This document shows, one piece after another, positions 35,991 through 45,821 of a stretch of DNA of 64,000 nt. Under the pieces are notes generated by a model. It did not search any database. It was given only the letters and a program-made list of their open reading frames with translations, and was not told where the DNA came from. Position 1 is the stretch's first letter. Every line of letters begins with the position of its first letter. Made by a program: the position numbers and the translations under genes. Origin of the DNA: a virus; IMG/VR virus record IMGVR_UViG_3300042897_000742, positions 1 to 64,000 of that record; one strand, written 5' to 3'.

Positions 35991-36533
35991 ATGTCTGAAG
36001 AACTAAAAGAAATATCTGATTTTTACATTACATCGGATACGTGGTTTGGTAGACCACAGATCCTTGATATTGCAAGGAGGACCCAGTTTTCAAACATTGA
36101 TGATATGAATGATCAATTCATCAAAAACTGGAATAAACATGTTAAATCAACTGACCTAGTTTTTCACTTAGGTAATTTTGCATGGGACCCTCATACCGCA
36201 AGAACCGTATTAAAAAAGCTTAAAGGTAAAATCTTTTTCATGATTGGAAATTCTGATGAAGCCTTAATTGAAGTAGCTGACGAATTTGCAAACGTCGAGG
36301 TTCTTGACCAACAAATAATTGAACTTCCGCAATTTGATTCTGTTCTCTGTCATTATCCTCTCGAGGTTTGGAATGGTAAATCATCAGGGACAATTCATTT
36401 TCACGGTCATACTGTTTTTTCTCACAAGACTGATCTTAGATCATCCAATCGTGTAAATGCTTGCATTGACTTTTGGAATTATTCACCAATTAAATTTTCG
36501 GCAATTAAAGAATTCGTACATGGCAAAAAGTAA
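35991..36533 (+). CDS. Calcineurin-like metallophosphoesterase fold, degenerate active site
   Basis: TSDTWFG, HLGNF, GNSD, CHYP, HFHGH. Confidence 0.75.
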   Translation: MSEELKEISDFYITSDTWFGRPQILDIARRTQFSNIDDMNDQFIKNWNKHVKSTDLVFHLGNFAWDPHTARTVLKKLKGKIFFMIGNSDEALIEVADEFANVEVLDQQIIELPQFDSVLCHYPLEVWNGKSSGTIHFHGHTVFSHKTDLRSSNRVNACIDFWNYSPIKFSAIKEFVHGKK

Positions 36534-37146
36534 AACCTACAAAGAACTGGCAATTGAGTTTAAGAAAACTCGCTCTGAAAGAATTTACAATGAACTTTAC
36601 AAAAAAATGAGACCAGGATTATGGTCTTACGTAAATAACATTGTAAGAGATCCCGCTGTGGCTGATGATATTGTATCAACCACTTTAACTAATGTGTATC
36701 TAAAGATTGATCAGTATGATGAATCTTATCAGATTACGACATGGGCTTATCGTATTGCATATAATGAATGCATAGGATGGATTAGATTCCGTAACAAAAA
36801 GATAAGTATTAATGTGTTCACCGACGCAGGTGTTGAACCACCAACAAAAGATGGATTCCTTGAACCGGAACTTCATGTAAAAACTGAGGATGATTTCTGG
36901 GAGGAAGAAGATATCTTAACTGAACAGGTAAGAGTAACCAAAGAAGCAATTAACGCCCTGCCACCAATGTATAAGAGATACATGGTAGAGAGATTCCTTA
37001 ATCATAAATCGTATAATGATATCTTGGATATCATGGTAGAATATGAAAAAGACATTAATCTTCAAACTGTAAAGAATCGTATCTTTAGAGGTAGAAAGAT
37101 TATCCAAAAGCAGTTAGAGAAAATGAAACTCTTTTCTGAAGCATAA
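36520..37146 (+). CDS. RNA polymerase sigma factor, ECF-like
   Basis: Region 2 ADDIV...TWAYRIAYN; region 4 AINALP...SY.DI...TVKNRIFRGR. Confidence 0.88.
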   Translation: MAKSKTYKELAIEFKKTRSERIYNELYKKMRPGLWSYVNNIVRDPAVADDIVSTTLTNVYLKIDQYDESYQITTWAYRIAYNECIGWIRFRNKKISINVFTDAGVEPPTKDGFLEPELHVKTEDDFWEEEDILTEQVRVTKEAINALPPMYKRYMVERFLNHKSYNDILDIMVEYEKDINLQTVKNRIFRGRKIIQKQLEKMKLFSEA

Positions 37147-37165
37147 ATAGATAAAATAAAGAACT

Positions 37166-37606
37166 ATGTATATTTTTAAGCTCATCAATGAAATAAACAT
37201 CTGGAGAAAGGTGAGGGCTATTGCATTGGAAAATGAAGAGCTCTTAAAAGAAAATGGATTCAGGGTAGACTGGGTAGGTAGAATTTACACAGTTATCAAT
37301 CTACCCGAAGAAGTTGTAAATCAACCATTTTCCAGAGAAGGCTATGTACTTATGAAACTTCGTGAGTATGATAGTATGTTTCTTAATATGGGTATTGCTG
37401 ATGCAATTGCACCCGAATTAGTTGAATTGGAAGATGTTGAAGCATACCTATTAATCTTATCACCAGACAGAGACTACATTAAACTTTGGCCGTTTATTGT
37501 ATCATTATTCAAAACCGGTGGACTTATTCTTTTACTAAGATTAGTCTATCTTTTACTTTCCAATTATTGGGACAGAATTATATCTGTCTTTAATTGGATA
37601 TTCTAA
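37166..37606 (+). CDS. Hypothetical protein with C-terminal TM segment
   Basis: RVDWVGRIYTVINLPEE; hydrophobic tail. Confidence 0.6.
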   Translation: MYIFKLINEINIWRKVRAIALENEELLKENGFRVDWVGRIYTVINLPEEVVNQPFSREGYVLMKLREYDSMFLNMGIADAIAPELVELEDVEAYLLILSPDRDYIKLWPFIVSLFKTGGLILLLRLVYLLLSNYWDRIISVFNWIF

Positions 37607-38355
37607 AAAATATGGCAACTAAAGAATCTCTTTTACAAACCGAAACAATAAATGGTAAACGATATTATGTTATAGGAGAACATAAGTACCCTTCAGTTAC
37701 CACTATCTTAGGATCAATGACAGATTCGTCTGGTCTTGATAAGTGGAGAAAACAAATAGGTGAAGCCGAGGCAGATAAGATCTCTAAGTTTTCTGCTAAT
37801 CGTGGTACAATCATGCATCAAATGATTGAATATTATTTAGGTTCAGAAAAAGAAACTCAAAAAGAAAGGCTTAGAGAAGCACAGGAAAAAATCATTACCT
37901 TTGTTGAAGCAGAAGGTTTTACTGAAGATGAATTAGAAGTTGGCAGAAAATTATTCTATAGTTTTTATAATAATGATCTCTTCAGTAAGATTGGTAAGGT
38001 TATAAGTATCGAGGAGACGATCTACTCCCACCAGATGGGAGGGTATGCAGGTAGAGTAGATAATATTTACGAGAATGTTTTATCTCATCTACTCATTCTA
38101 GACTTTAAGACATCCCGTAAGAGAAAGAAAAAAGAATGGATAGAAAACTATTTTATGCAGATTGCTGCATATTTTCTAGCATATTGGGAAATGACCGGTA
38201 AAAAACCGGACGGTGGAGAAATCTGGATAGGTGTAGAAAATGATGAGCCTCAGGTTTTTGAACTTACCTGGGATGATATTCAAGAATATGGTAAGAAATT
38301 CTTATCCCTAGTAAAGGAGTATCATAAACTCAATCCATTACCTCAGAATATATAA
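37594..38355 (+). CDS. PD-(D/E)XK exonuclease (Cas4-like fold, T4-like phage type)
   Basis: YPSVTTIL, RGT.MH, AGRVD, DFKTS, YFMQIAAY. Confidence 0.85.
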   Translation: MDILKNMATKESLLQTETINGKRYYVIGEHKYPSVTTILGSMTDSSGLDKWRKQIGEAEADKISKFSANRGTIMHQMIEYYLGSEKETQKERLREAQEKIITFVEAEGFTEDELEVGRKLFYSFYNNDLFSKIGKVISIEETIYSHQMGGYAGRVDNIYENVLSHLLILDFKTSRKRKKKEWIENYFMQIAAYFLAYWEMTGKKPDGGEIWIGVENDEPQVFELTWDDIQEYGKKFLSLVKEYHKLNPLPQNI

Positions 38356-38371
38356 AAAAACAAAATAATGA

Positions 38372-38680
38372 ATGAAACGCATACAAACATTCGAGAGCTT
38401 CTTAAATGAAAGCATATTAAATGAAGCAAAAGTTGTTATTTCTTTTGCTGAAGAGACTGTTTTTAGAAAGGCTCTTTCTGACGCAAATAAAATTTCAAGA
38501 GATTGGCGAGTCAAAATATCACCAGATAAGAAAGGTGAGTATGAAGGAGAAAAAGTTCCTTTTGCTATTGAAGTTTCAGGTAATGTTAATGATTTAATGG
38601 ATTTTGTAAATGTTGCGACTGAGGTAATTAACGGAACACCTGTCTGGACAGATAACCAAAAAATATCAGATTTATTTTAA
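38372..38680 (+). CDS. Probable internal head protein
   Basis: MKRIQTFESFLNES. Confidence 0.65.
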   Translation: MKRIQTFESFLNESILNEAKVVISFAEETVFRKALSDANKISRDWRVKISPDKKGEYEGEKVPFAIEVSGNVNDLMDFVNVATEVINGTPVWTDNQKISDLF

Positions 38681-38682
38681 TT

Positions 38683-38988
38683 ATGAAACATATTCAGTCA
38701 TTCGAGACTTTTTTTGCTAGAACTCTATCTGAGGAATTAGACCAAACGAGACATAAAGCGGCTAAACATATCGAGGATATTGAAACCGATAATGAGTCGG
38801 ACAAAAAGGCTGAAAAGGATGCTCAGGATTATCTAGATGATAAAGCAGATTATTGCCCAAGATGTAAAGAACATAAGGACGATTGCCAATGTGCAGGGGA
38901 GGATCCTTGGTCTACTCAAAATTATCATAGAGTACCTCCTGGTAAAAAGGAGAAGAGTAAAGCAAAACAAGACTTCAAAACAAAATAA
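38683..38988 (+). CDS. Probable internal head protein with Cys cluster
   Basis: MKHIQSFETF; CPRC..H...CQC. Confidence 0.6.
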   Translation: MKHIQSFETFFARTLSEELDQTRHKAAKHIEDIETDNESDKKAEKDAQDYLDDKADYCPRCKEHKDDCQCAGEDPWSTQNYHRVPPGKKEKSKAKQDFKTK

Positions 38989-38992
38989 AGAT

Positions 38993-39280
38993 ATGGAAAA
39001 GATTAATTTATTTTTTGCAAAACATGGATCAAAAGTAATCACAATTCTTTTGATTCTTTTATACTTTAAATCATGCGGTGTTGATAGCGAATTAGAGAGA
39101 CTTAAAAAGGAAGCTAAAGCAAATACCGAATTGATTAATAAGTTACCATCTGCAGCCGATGTAAAAATTGAAGGTTTAAATGCAGAGAAAAGAATGATCC
39201 AAGCAACAGATCGTAGAATGTTGGATGTACAACGCCAAAACGAAATTGAGAAAGAGATCGAAATATTACAAGGTAAATAA
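38993..39280 (+). CDS. Membrane-anchored coiled-coil protein, possible lipoprotein/spanin
   Basis: Hydrophobic helix ending YFKSC, followed by a coiled coil. Confidence 0.5.
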   Translation: MEKINLFFAKHGSKVITILLILLYFKSCGVDSELERLKKEAKANTELINKLPSAADVKIEGLNAEKRMIQATDRRMLDVQRQNEIEKEIEILQGK

Positions 39281-42200
39281 TGGCAAATATCATACCAGGT
39301 GTACCAACGCCAAGTGATCCAACATGTGCTCTTACTATTTGCGGTAGAATTATAGCACAAGTAGATTGCATTAAGTATATAATGCAAGGTACATCTGCAT
39401 GTATTGATATTCAGTTTTTTGGCGCAGATGGTCAACCTCTTGACCTAGATCGTTTTTGCGAAATGCAAATTCAATTAACGAATGAATTTGAATGCGTTGT
39501 TGCAAATTTTTGGTATCCTTCTGTTCCAACTGGATCAAAGGGATTTGATATTGAGATTTTACAATACACTACGACAGGTGGCAATATAGTAAATAAGGGT
39601 CTTCTTAGAATATGTTTATCAACTAACTGTACTCTTACTTCACCTGGTTCTGTTTTTGCAGAAATCATATTAAAAGAATGTTTACTTACTGGTGTTGAAC
39701 AAATTATAACAGGTGTTCCTACACCACCTGAAGCAAACGGGGAAACCTTTGGTATTCCTTGTCTTCAGGTTGCAAATATACTTAATTCAAAAATCGCAAA
39801 GAATGGTGGTGCAGGGGGTTGTTTTCCTGGATACATTCCACCTCAACCAGGCAGTAGTGGAATAGGATATGCAATAGGATCAACTGGAGCAACAGGTATT
39901 CACGGGGCATCCGGTTTACAAGGAGAAGTAGGTTTAACCGGATCTACTGGACAACAAGGATTTATTGGTTCAACTGGGCTACAAGGGAATCAGGGGAATC
40001 AAGGTTTTACTGGATCAACTGGACCACAAGGATTTACTGGATCAACTGGACCACAGGGTGCAGGTGGAACATTAGGTTATTGGGGTAGTTTCTGGAGCGC
40101 GCAAACACAACCTAATCCGGTACCAAATGGCGCTAATGCAATGACATTCAATAATACTGATCCTGATTCTAATGGTGTTTCTATCCAGAATAATTCACAA
40201 CTTACATTTGCATACGACGGTGTTTATAATATTCAGTTTTCTGCCCAGCTTGATAGAGTAGCTGGTCCTGCATCTGCAAATGAAGTAGATATTTGGTTTT
40301 CAAAGAATGGCGTTCCAATACCTGATTCTAATACACATGTCGTTGTTGCAGGAATTACTTCTGCATCTAAAGAAGTAGCTGCATGGAATTATCAACTTAA
40401 ACTTAATGCAGGAGATTACATTGAATTATACTGGTCATGTCCTAACACAAATGTAGAACTTATCTATGTTCCTGCTCAAGTAAGTCCTCTTCGCCCTGGT
40501 GTACCTTCTGTTATTCTTACTGCACAGCAGGTAACATATACTCAAACTGGTGCAACGGGCGCAACTGGTTCACAAGGCGATCAAGGTTTTACCGGTTCAA
40601 CTGGAACACAAGGTTTTACCGGTTCAACTGGAACACAAGGTTTTACCGGTTCAACTGGTCCTCAAGGTGCAGGCGGTACCTTAGGTTATTGGGGTAGTTT
40701 TTGGAGTACACAAACTCAACTTAACCCTGTGGCAGATGGGGCTAATGCAATGACCTTTAATAATACAGACCCAGACTCAAATGGTGTTTCTATTCAAAAT
40801 AATTCACAACTTACATTTGGATATGATGGTGTTTATAACATACAATTTTCTGCTCAACTTGATAGGGTGGCTGGTACGGCATCTGCAAACGAGGTAGACA
40901 TTTGGTTTGCAAAAAATGGAATAGACATCCCAGATTCCAATACTCATGTTGTTGTTGCTGGAATTACTTCTGCATCTAAAGAAGTAGCTGCATGGAACTA
41001 TCAACTTAAACTAAATGCGGGGGACTACATTGAACTCTATTGGTCATGTCCTAATACCAACGTTGAACTTATTTATATTGCACCAGAAGTTAGTCCAGCG
41101 CGACCTGGTGTACCTTCTGCAATTTTAACTGCTCAACAAGTAACATACACACAGGTCGGTGGAACTGGTGCAACTGGTATACAAGGCAACCAGGGTGATC
41201 AAGGTTTTATTGGAGCAACTGGAGCACAAGGTAACCAAGGTGATCAGGGGTTCATTGGAGCAACGGGTTTTGATGGAGCAACTGGAGCACAAGGTAACCA
41301 AGGTGATCAGGGGTTCATTGGAGCAACGGGTTTTGATGGAGCAACGGGTTTTGATGGAGCAACTGGAGCACAAGGTAATCAAGGATTTATTGGGGCAACG
41401 GGTTTTGATGGAGCAACTGGAGCACAAGGTAATCAAGGTTTTATTGGAGCAACTGGGACACAAGGTAATCAAGGATTTATTGGTGCAACTGGTTTTGATG
41501 GATCAACCGGCCCACAAGGCGCGGGCGGCACCATTGGTTATTATGGATCTTTCTATAGCACAGCAATCCAAACCAATGCAGGTGCCTCATCTGCTAATGT
41601 AATTACATATAATAACACTGACATAAGTAATGGTGTAAGTATAGTTTCAAATTCACAAATTACTATCGCTAATCCAGGTATCTATAATATACAGTTTTCT
41701 GCACAACTTAACAAAACAGATAGCGGTGTTGATGAAGCCTATATTTGGTTATCAAGAAATGGTAGTAATGTTCCGGAGTCCAACACTATTGTTGAACTAG
41801 ATAAGAATAATATGAAACAGGTTGCTGCATGGAATTTCCTTGTAGAGACCACCAACCCAAATGAATATTTTGAACTCTATTGGCACAGTACCGATTTAGA
41901 TATAAGACTCTATGCTGAGCCTGGTTCAACTGGACCAACTAAACCTGCGATTCCTTCTGTTATCCTAACAGTTCAACAAGTTACATATACTCAAATAGGA
42001 GCATCTGGTTTAACTGGTGCAACTGGACCTGCTACTTCACTTTATTTACTTGAAGCGTATGCAAATGTGACATACACTTTACCAGGTGGTTTTACTGATG
42101 ATACCTGTAGATATAGTATTGTGAATAATACGGTAAATGTACCAAGTGGTTGGTTTAATACATCAACATATAGATTTACACCTCAAAAGGTAGGTTATTG

Positions 42201-42441
42201 GGAAATCACCGCATCATACGATATTTATAGAAATAGTGAAGCAAGTATGGCGATTAGGAAAAACGGTGGAGTAGTGGCAGCTGCCGGTTCTTTTAACGCG
42301 GTAGCCCAACAAATAACAAAAATTGTGTATCTAAACGGTTCAACTGATTATATAGACGTTATGAATACTGGTGGGGCATCAAACTCAAGGGCACAATTTG
42401 ATAGTAGGTCTTGGTTCCAAGCGAGATGGATTGGTGAATAA
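39280..42441 (+). CDS. Collagen-like fibre protein with repeated beta-sandwich domains
   Basis: GATG/GSTG/GxQ triplets alternating with three YNIQFSAQL domains. Confidence 0.8.
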   Translation: MANIIPGVPTPSDPTCALTICGRIIAQVDCIKYIMQGTSACIDIQFFGADGQPLDLDRFCEMQIQLTNEFECVVANFWYPSVPTGSKGFDIEILQYTTTGGNIVNKGLLRICLSTNCTLTSPGSVFAEIILKECLLTGVEQIITGVPTPPEANGETFGIPCLQVANILNSKIAKNGGAGGCFPGYIPPQPGSSGIGYAIGSTGATGIHGASGLQGEVGLTGSTGQQGFIGSTGLQGNQGNQGFTGSTGPQGFTGSTGPQGAGGTLGYWGSFWSAQTQPNPVPNGANAMTFNNTDPDSNGVSIQNNSQLTFAYDGVYNIQFSAQLDRVAGPASANEVDIWFSKNGVPIPDSNTHVVVAGITSASKEVAAWNYQLKLNAGDYIELYWSCPNTNVELIYVPAQVSPLRPGVPSVILTAQQVTYTQTGATGATGSQGDQGFTGSTGTQGFTGSTGTQGFTGSTGPQGAGGTLGYWGSFWSTQTQLNPVADGANAMTFNNTDPDSNGVSIQNNSQLTFGYDGVYNIQFSAQLDRVAGTASANEVDIWFAKNGIDIPDSNTHVVVAGITSASKEVAAWNYQLKLNAGDYIELYWSCPNTNVELIYIAPEVSPARPGVPSAILTAQQVTYTQVGGTGATGIQGNQGDQGFIGATGAQGNQGDQGFIGATGFDGATGAQGNQGDQGFIGATGFDGATGFDGATGAQGNQGFIGATGFDGATGAQGNQGFIGATGTQGNQGFIGATGFDGSTGPQGAGGTIGYYGSFYSTAIQTNAGASSANVITYNNTDISNGVSIVSNSQITIANPGIYNIQFSAQLNKTDSGVDEAYIWLSRNGSNVPESNTIVELDKNNMKQVAAWNFLVETTNPNEYFELYWHSTDLDIRLYAEPGSTGPTKPAIPSVILTVQQVTYTQIGASGLTGATGPATSLYLLEAYANVTYTLPGGFTDDTCRYSIVNNTVNVPSGWFNTSTYRFTPQKVGYWEITASYDIYRNSEASMAIRKNGGVVAAAGSFNAVAQQITKIVYLNGSTDYIDVMNTGGASNSRAQFDSRSWFQARWIGE

Positions 42442-42472
42442 TGCCATTAAGAATAAATAATTAAAATAAGTC

Positions 42473-43138
42473 ATGAAAAATAAACTTGTTCATTATTTTA
42501 TCATAGGTATCTTCTGTAGCCTCTATTTCTTAGTAGCTACAATCTCTATGATAAACTCGGTTGCATTTTTTGACCTTGCTCATAATGGAGTTATGAACTG
42601 GGCACTTGCAATTGGATTTGAATTAGGAGCCGCGGCTTCTCTTGCTGCTATCATTATCCTGGATAAAACAAATAAGACAATGGTATGGACATTGTTCCTA
42701 CTTCTTACCGCATTTCAAATGATGGCCAATTCATTTCATGCATTCATAAATCTCGAAAACTATATGCCTTGGATAGAACTATTTGGTCTTGAAGAGGAAG
42801 AACCTATATTCCAAAAAAGAATTCTCTCAATTGTAAGTGGAGCCGTATTACCTATCGTGGCTCTAGGATTTATTAAATCATTGGTTGATTACATCAGACC
42901 TGAAAAAACTGAGGAAACCGCAACGGCAGTTATTGAAAATAAACCAGCCGAGGTTCCTACAGAACCACAAATAGAAACCCCTAAGGTAGTGGAAGAAAAA
43001 GTGGAAACCCCATCTGTTATTGGTGATTCAAAGGTAGGTCATGTTACTATAAACCCCGAAGTTACTGAAACTAAAGAAGATGTAGTGGCTACCAAACAAC
43101 AAATCCCACCGGTTAAAAATTACAATCCTAAGCCATAA
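42473..43138 (+). CDS. Multi-pass membrane protein
   Basis: About four hydrophobic helices and an acidic tail. Confidence 0.6.
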   Translation: MKNKLVHYFIIGIFCSLYFLVATISMINSVAFFDLAHNGVMNWALAIGFELGAAASLAAIIILDKTNKTMVWTLFLLLTAFQMMANSFHAFINLENYMPWIELFGLEEEEPIFQKRILSIVSGAVLPIVALGFIKSLVDYIRPEKTEETATAVIENKPAEVPTEPQIETPKVVEEKVETPSVIGDSKVGHVTINPEVTETKEDVVATKQQIPPVKNYNPKP

Positions 43139-43179
43139 GTTTTACTTATGAACTTATTAACCCAAAAAAATATAAAGGT

Positions 43180-43893
43180 ATGCCAGCTAGAACCTATGAT
43201 GATGAAGTGTTTCGCGAAAAGCGAACTATAAAAAATCCAATAAAATTTAAGATACCCCTAAATGAAGAACAAAAAGCAGCAAAGGATATTATTTTAGCAA
43301 ATACAATAACTCTCCTTGCTGGTAAAGCTGGTAGCGGTAAAACATTATTAGCATGTCAAATTGCATTAGATGGTCTATTTCGTAGACATTTTGAAAAGGT
43401 AATTATTACGAGACCTACTGTCTCAAAGGAAGAGATAGGATTTCTTCCAGGTGATCTCCATCAAAAAATGGATCCATGGGTACAGCCAATTTATCAAAAC
43501 ATGTATCTCTTGTATGGAAAGGATAAGATTGATCCTTTTATTCAAAGCGGTCAAATTGAAATTGTACCAGTTTCATTTATGAGAGGGCGAACATTTCTTG
43601 ACTCTTGTGTTATCGTCGATGAAGCACAAAACGTTACCAATGAACAGATGGAAATGATTGTTACAAGAGTAGGTCTTCGCTCAAAGATGATTATCTGTGG
43701 TGATGACGGTCAGGTTGACTTAAAGAATAAGAGCGATTCTGGTTTTAGATTTTTGTATAACTGCGCAAAGAAAATAAAACATCTTGCTGCTATTACATTA
43801 TTTCAAAATCACAGAGATCCTATTGTTGATACTCTTATTGATGTGTATGAAGAAGAGAATTTAAGAAGAAATGGCGGAAAGCCTAATAAATAG
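43180..43893 (+). CDS. phoH: PhoH family ATPase
   Basis: GKAGSGKT, RP, GFLPGD, FMRGRTF, DEAQN, GD..Q.DL. Confidence 0.93.
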   Translation: MPARTYDDEVFREKRTIKNPIKFKIPLNEEQKAAKDIILANTITLLAGKAGSGKTLLACQIALDGLFRRHFEKVIITRPTVSKEEIGFLPGDLHQKMDPWVQPIYQNMYLLYGKDKIDPFIQSGQIEIVPVSFMRGRTFLDSCVIVDEAQNVTNEQMEMIVTRVGLRSKMIICGDDGQVDLKNKSDSGFRFLYNCAKKIKHLAAITLFQNHRDPIVDTLIDVYEEENLRRNGGKPNK

Positions 43894-43908
43894 AAAAAAT
43901 GAACCATT

Positions 43909-44790
43909 ATGATATTAAAGAAAGGATCCAAGGGAAATGATGTTAAAGAATTACAAAGATTCCTTGGTATTAAAGATGACGGGAATTTTGGACCAGGAAC
44001 TGAAGCCGCTGTTAAAAAATGGCAAGCCGCAAATGGTCTTACCGCTGATGGTATTGTGGGTCCTGCCACTTGGAACGCTATGGGTGTTGCTACTACTGAT
44101 GCTTCGGAAAAAGTTTATACAACAACAAATGGATTAATAGTCAATCGCTATTATATGCCTACTGATGAGTATTTACAAGGACCTATTAAACCAGAATGGG
44201 TATTCCTCCACCACACAGCAGGATGGCATAATCCTTATAATACTATTGATAACTGGGCAAAGGATACTCGTGGAAGAATTGCAACGGAGTTCGTTCTAGG
44301 TGGTCCTTCGGTTAGAGGTAATGACGATAAGTACGATGGTGTAATGGTCCAGGCATTTCCTGAAGGAAATTATGGATGGCACTTAGGTCAATGTGGATCT
44401 CAAAAAATGCATAAGAATTCAGTAGGAATTGAGGTATGTAATTTTGGATATGTAGTAAATGGTAAAACATATGCAGGTACTCAAGTTACACAATCCCAAA
44501 CTGTTGAATTAGCAAAGCCTTTCCGTGGGCATAAAATATGGCATCGCTATTCAGATGCTCAAATTGAATCATTAAGACTCTGGATTCTTTGGATTGCTGA
44601 AAGAGATAATATTGATGTAAGAGCAGGATTACCAGCCTTAATTAAAAAGAATGGTGCTGCTGCATTTGAGTGGAATGAAGATGCTTATTATGGTAAGGTT
44701 AAAGGACTATGGACTCATACTAATACAAGAAAAGATAAGGTTGATATGTTCCCTCAACAAGAATTGATGGATATGTTAACAAACCTCTAA
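43909..44790 (+). CDS. Endolysin: peptidoglycan-binding domain plus N-acetylmuramoyl-L-alanine amidase
   Basis: LKKGSKG.DV..LQ, DG.FGPGT, DGIVGPATW; LHHTAG, SVGIEVCN, H....K.D. Confidence 0.88.
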   Translation: MILKKGSKGNDVKELQRFLGIKDDGNFGPGTEAAVKKWQAANGLTADGIVGPATWNAMGVATTDASEKVYTTTNGLIVNRYYMPTDEYLQGPIKPEWVFLHHTAGWHNPYNTIDNWAKDTRGRIATEFVLGGPSVRGNDDKYDGVMVQAFPEGNYGWHLGQCGSQKMHKNSVGIEVCNFGYVVNGKTYAGTQVTQSQTVELAKPFRGHKIWHRYSDAQIESLRLWILWIAERDNIDVRAGLPALIKKNGAAAFEWNEDAYYGKVKGLWTHTNTRKDKVDMFPQQELMDMLTNL

Positions 44791-44806
44791 AAATAGAAAA
44801 TATGAA

Positions 44807-44950
44807 ATGGCAAAAGCTAAAGCTGGTGTAACTGATTCTTTCAGAAAGAAACCTAAGGTATCACGACCTGGGATTCAGGCTAAGACAAAACAGTCTAAGA
44901 ATAAGAAATCAAAGAATTACGTTAAACCATATAGAGGTCAAGGTCGCTGA
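44807..44950 (+). CDS. Small basic protein ending YRGQGR (47 aa, not in ORF track)
   Basis: MAKAKAGVTDSFRKKPKVSRPGIQAKTKQSKNKKSKNYVKPYRGQGR*. Confidence 0.65.
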   Translation: MAKAKAGVTDSFRKKPKVSRPGIQAKTKQSKNKKSKNYVKPYRGQGR

Positions 44951-45100
44951 CTTAATGTCATAGACATTTTTGTATTTTCATGAAATCCATGACATTTTTT
45001 GTAGTGTTTTCTTAAAAATATAGTTTTGCACGGTTTTTATAGTATAATAAACAAATAGGGGAAACTCTATTATAATAAAAAACTAAAAAAATATTAAGCT

Positions 45101-45463
45101 ATGTTTTATTACAATTCAAATCACTTTGATAACCTACTAAAAGATGCATTTAAAGATTGGCCTACATGGTCAACAACATTAACATCAACTGGTAATCACT
45201 ATTCAGAAAAAACTGATGATGGGTATAAGTTGGAAATTGCAGTTCCTGGCTTAACTAAAGAAGACCTAAAGGTTAAGATTATTAAAGGTGATCTTAACAT
45301 TACCTGTGAAAAAGAAAATCACTGGGTTTCTCGTTTTGACAAAACATTTAATCTACCTAAGGATGCAAACATTAAAAAGGTAAAGGCAACAGTTGAAAGT
45401 GGTATCTTATTAATTACAATTCCTGTAAATGAAGATCCTGAAAACATTGTTGAGATTATTTGA
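45101..45463 (+). CDS. Small heat-shock protein (Hsp20)
   Basis: LEIAVPGLTKEDL, F..TFNLP, A....GILLITIP. Confidence 0.9.
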   Translation: MFYYNSNHFDNLLKDAFKDWPTWSTTLTSTGNHYSEKTDDGYKLEIAVPGLTKEDLKVKIIKGDLNITCEKENHWVSRFDKTFNLPKDANIKKVKATVESGILLITIPVNEDPENIVEII

Positions 45464-45505
45464 AACAAGATAGGTAAACTTGTATATAAATAAAAAACAA
45501 TAGAT

Positions 45506-45730
45506 ATGGAAAATCAAAATCCTCAAGAATTAACCCAAGCACAGGCAGTAAATGTTTTAATCCAGGCCGCTCGCATTGCACAGTCAAAGGGAGCATTCAC
45601 GCTTGAAGATGCAGAATTAGTTTCTAAAGCAATTAAGGCGTTTGTACCGGTTAACCAAGAAAATGGCCAGGATCCTGTGATTAACGAGTCTTCTAATGAA
45701 GTCGTTGAACCGGTAATTGAAAAAGCATAA
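45506..45730 (+). CDS. Hypothetical protein
   Basis: AQSKGAFTLEDA; promoter at 45463-45489. Confidence 0.6.
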   Translation: MENQNPQELTQAQAVNVLIQAARIAQSKGAFTLEDAELVSKAIKAFVPVNQENGQDPVINESSNEVVEPVIEKA

Positions 45731-45754
45731 AGTGGTTAAACTCTTGGTTTTGAT

Positions 45755-45787
45755 AGAGGATCTGAGAAATCAGATCCTCTTTTTTTT
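45755..45787 (+). terminator. Intrinsic terminator
   Basis: AGAGGATCTGA-GAAA-TCAGATCCTCT followed by a T run. Confidence 0.92.
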
Positions 45788-45821
45788 CTTACAGATAAAT
45801 AATAAAATTAAGAACCTGCAG

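Noticed and set aside
37594-38355. Cas4-like nuclease as a sign of a CRISPR system
   Set aside because: No repeat-spacer array or other cas genes; such exonucleases are common in T4-like phages.
41125-41602. Repetitive alternative-frame and antisense ORFs
   Set aside because: By-products of the collagen repeat.
45717-45821. Upstream TTG start for the GT fusion
   Set aside because: It spans a terminator; the ATG at 45822 follows the late-type motif.
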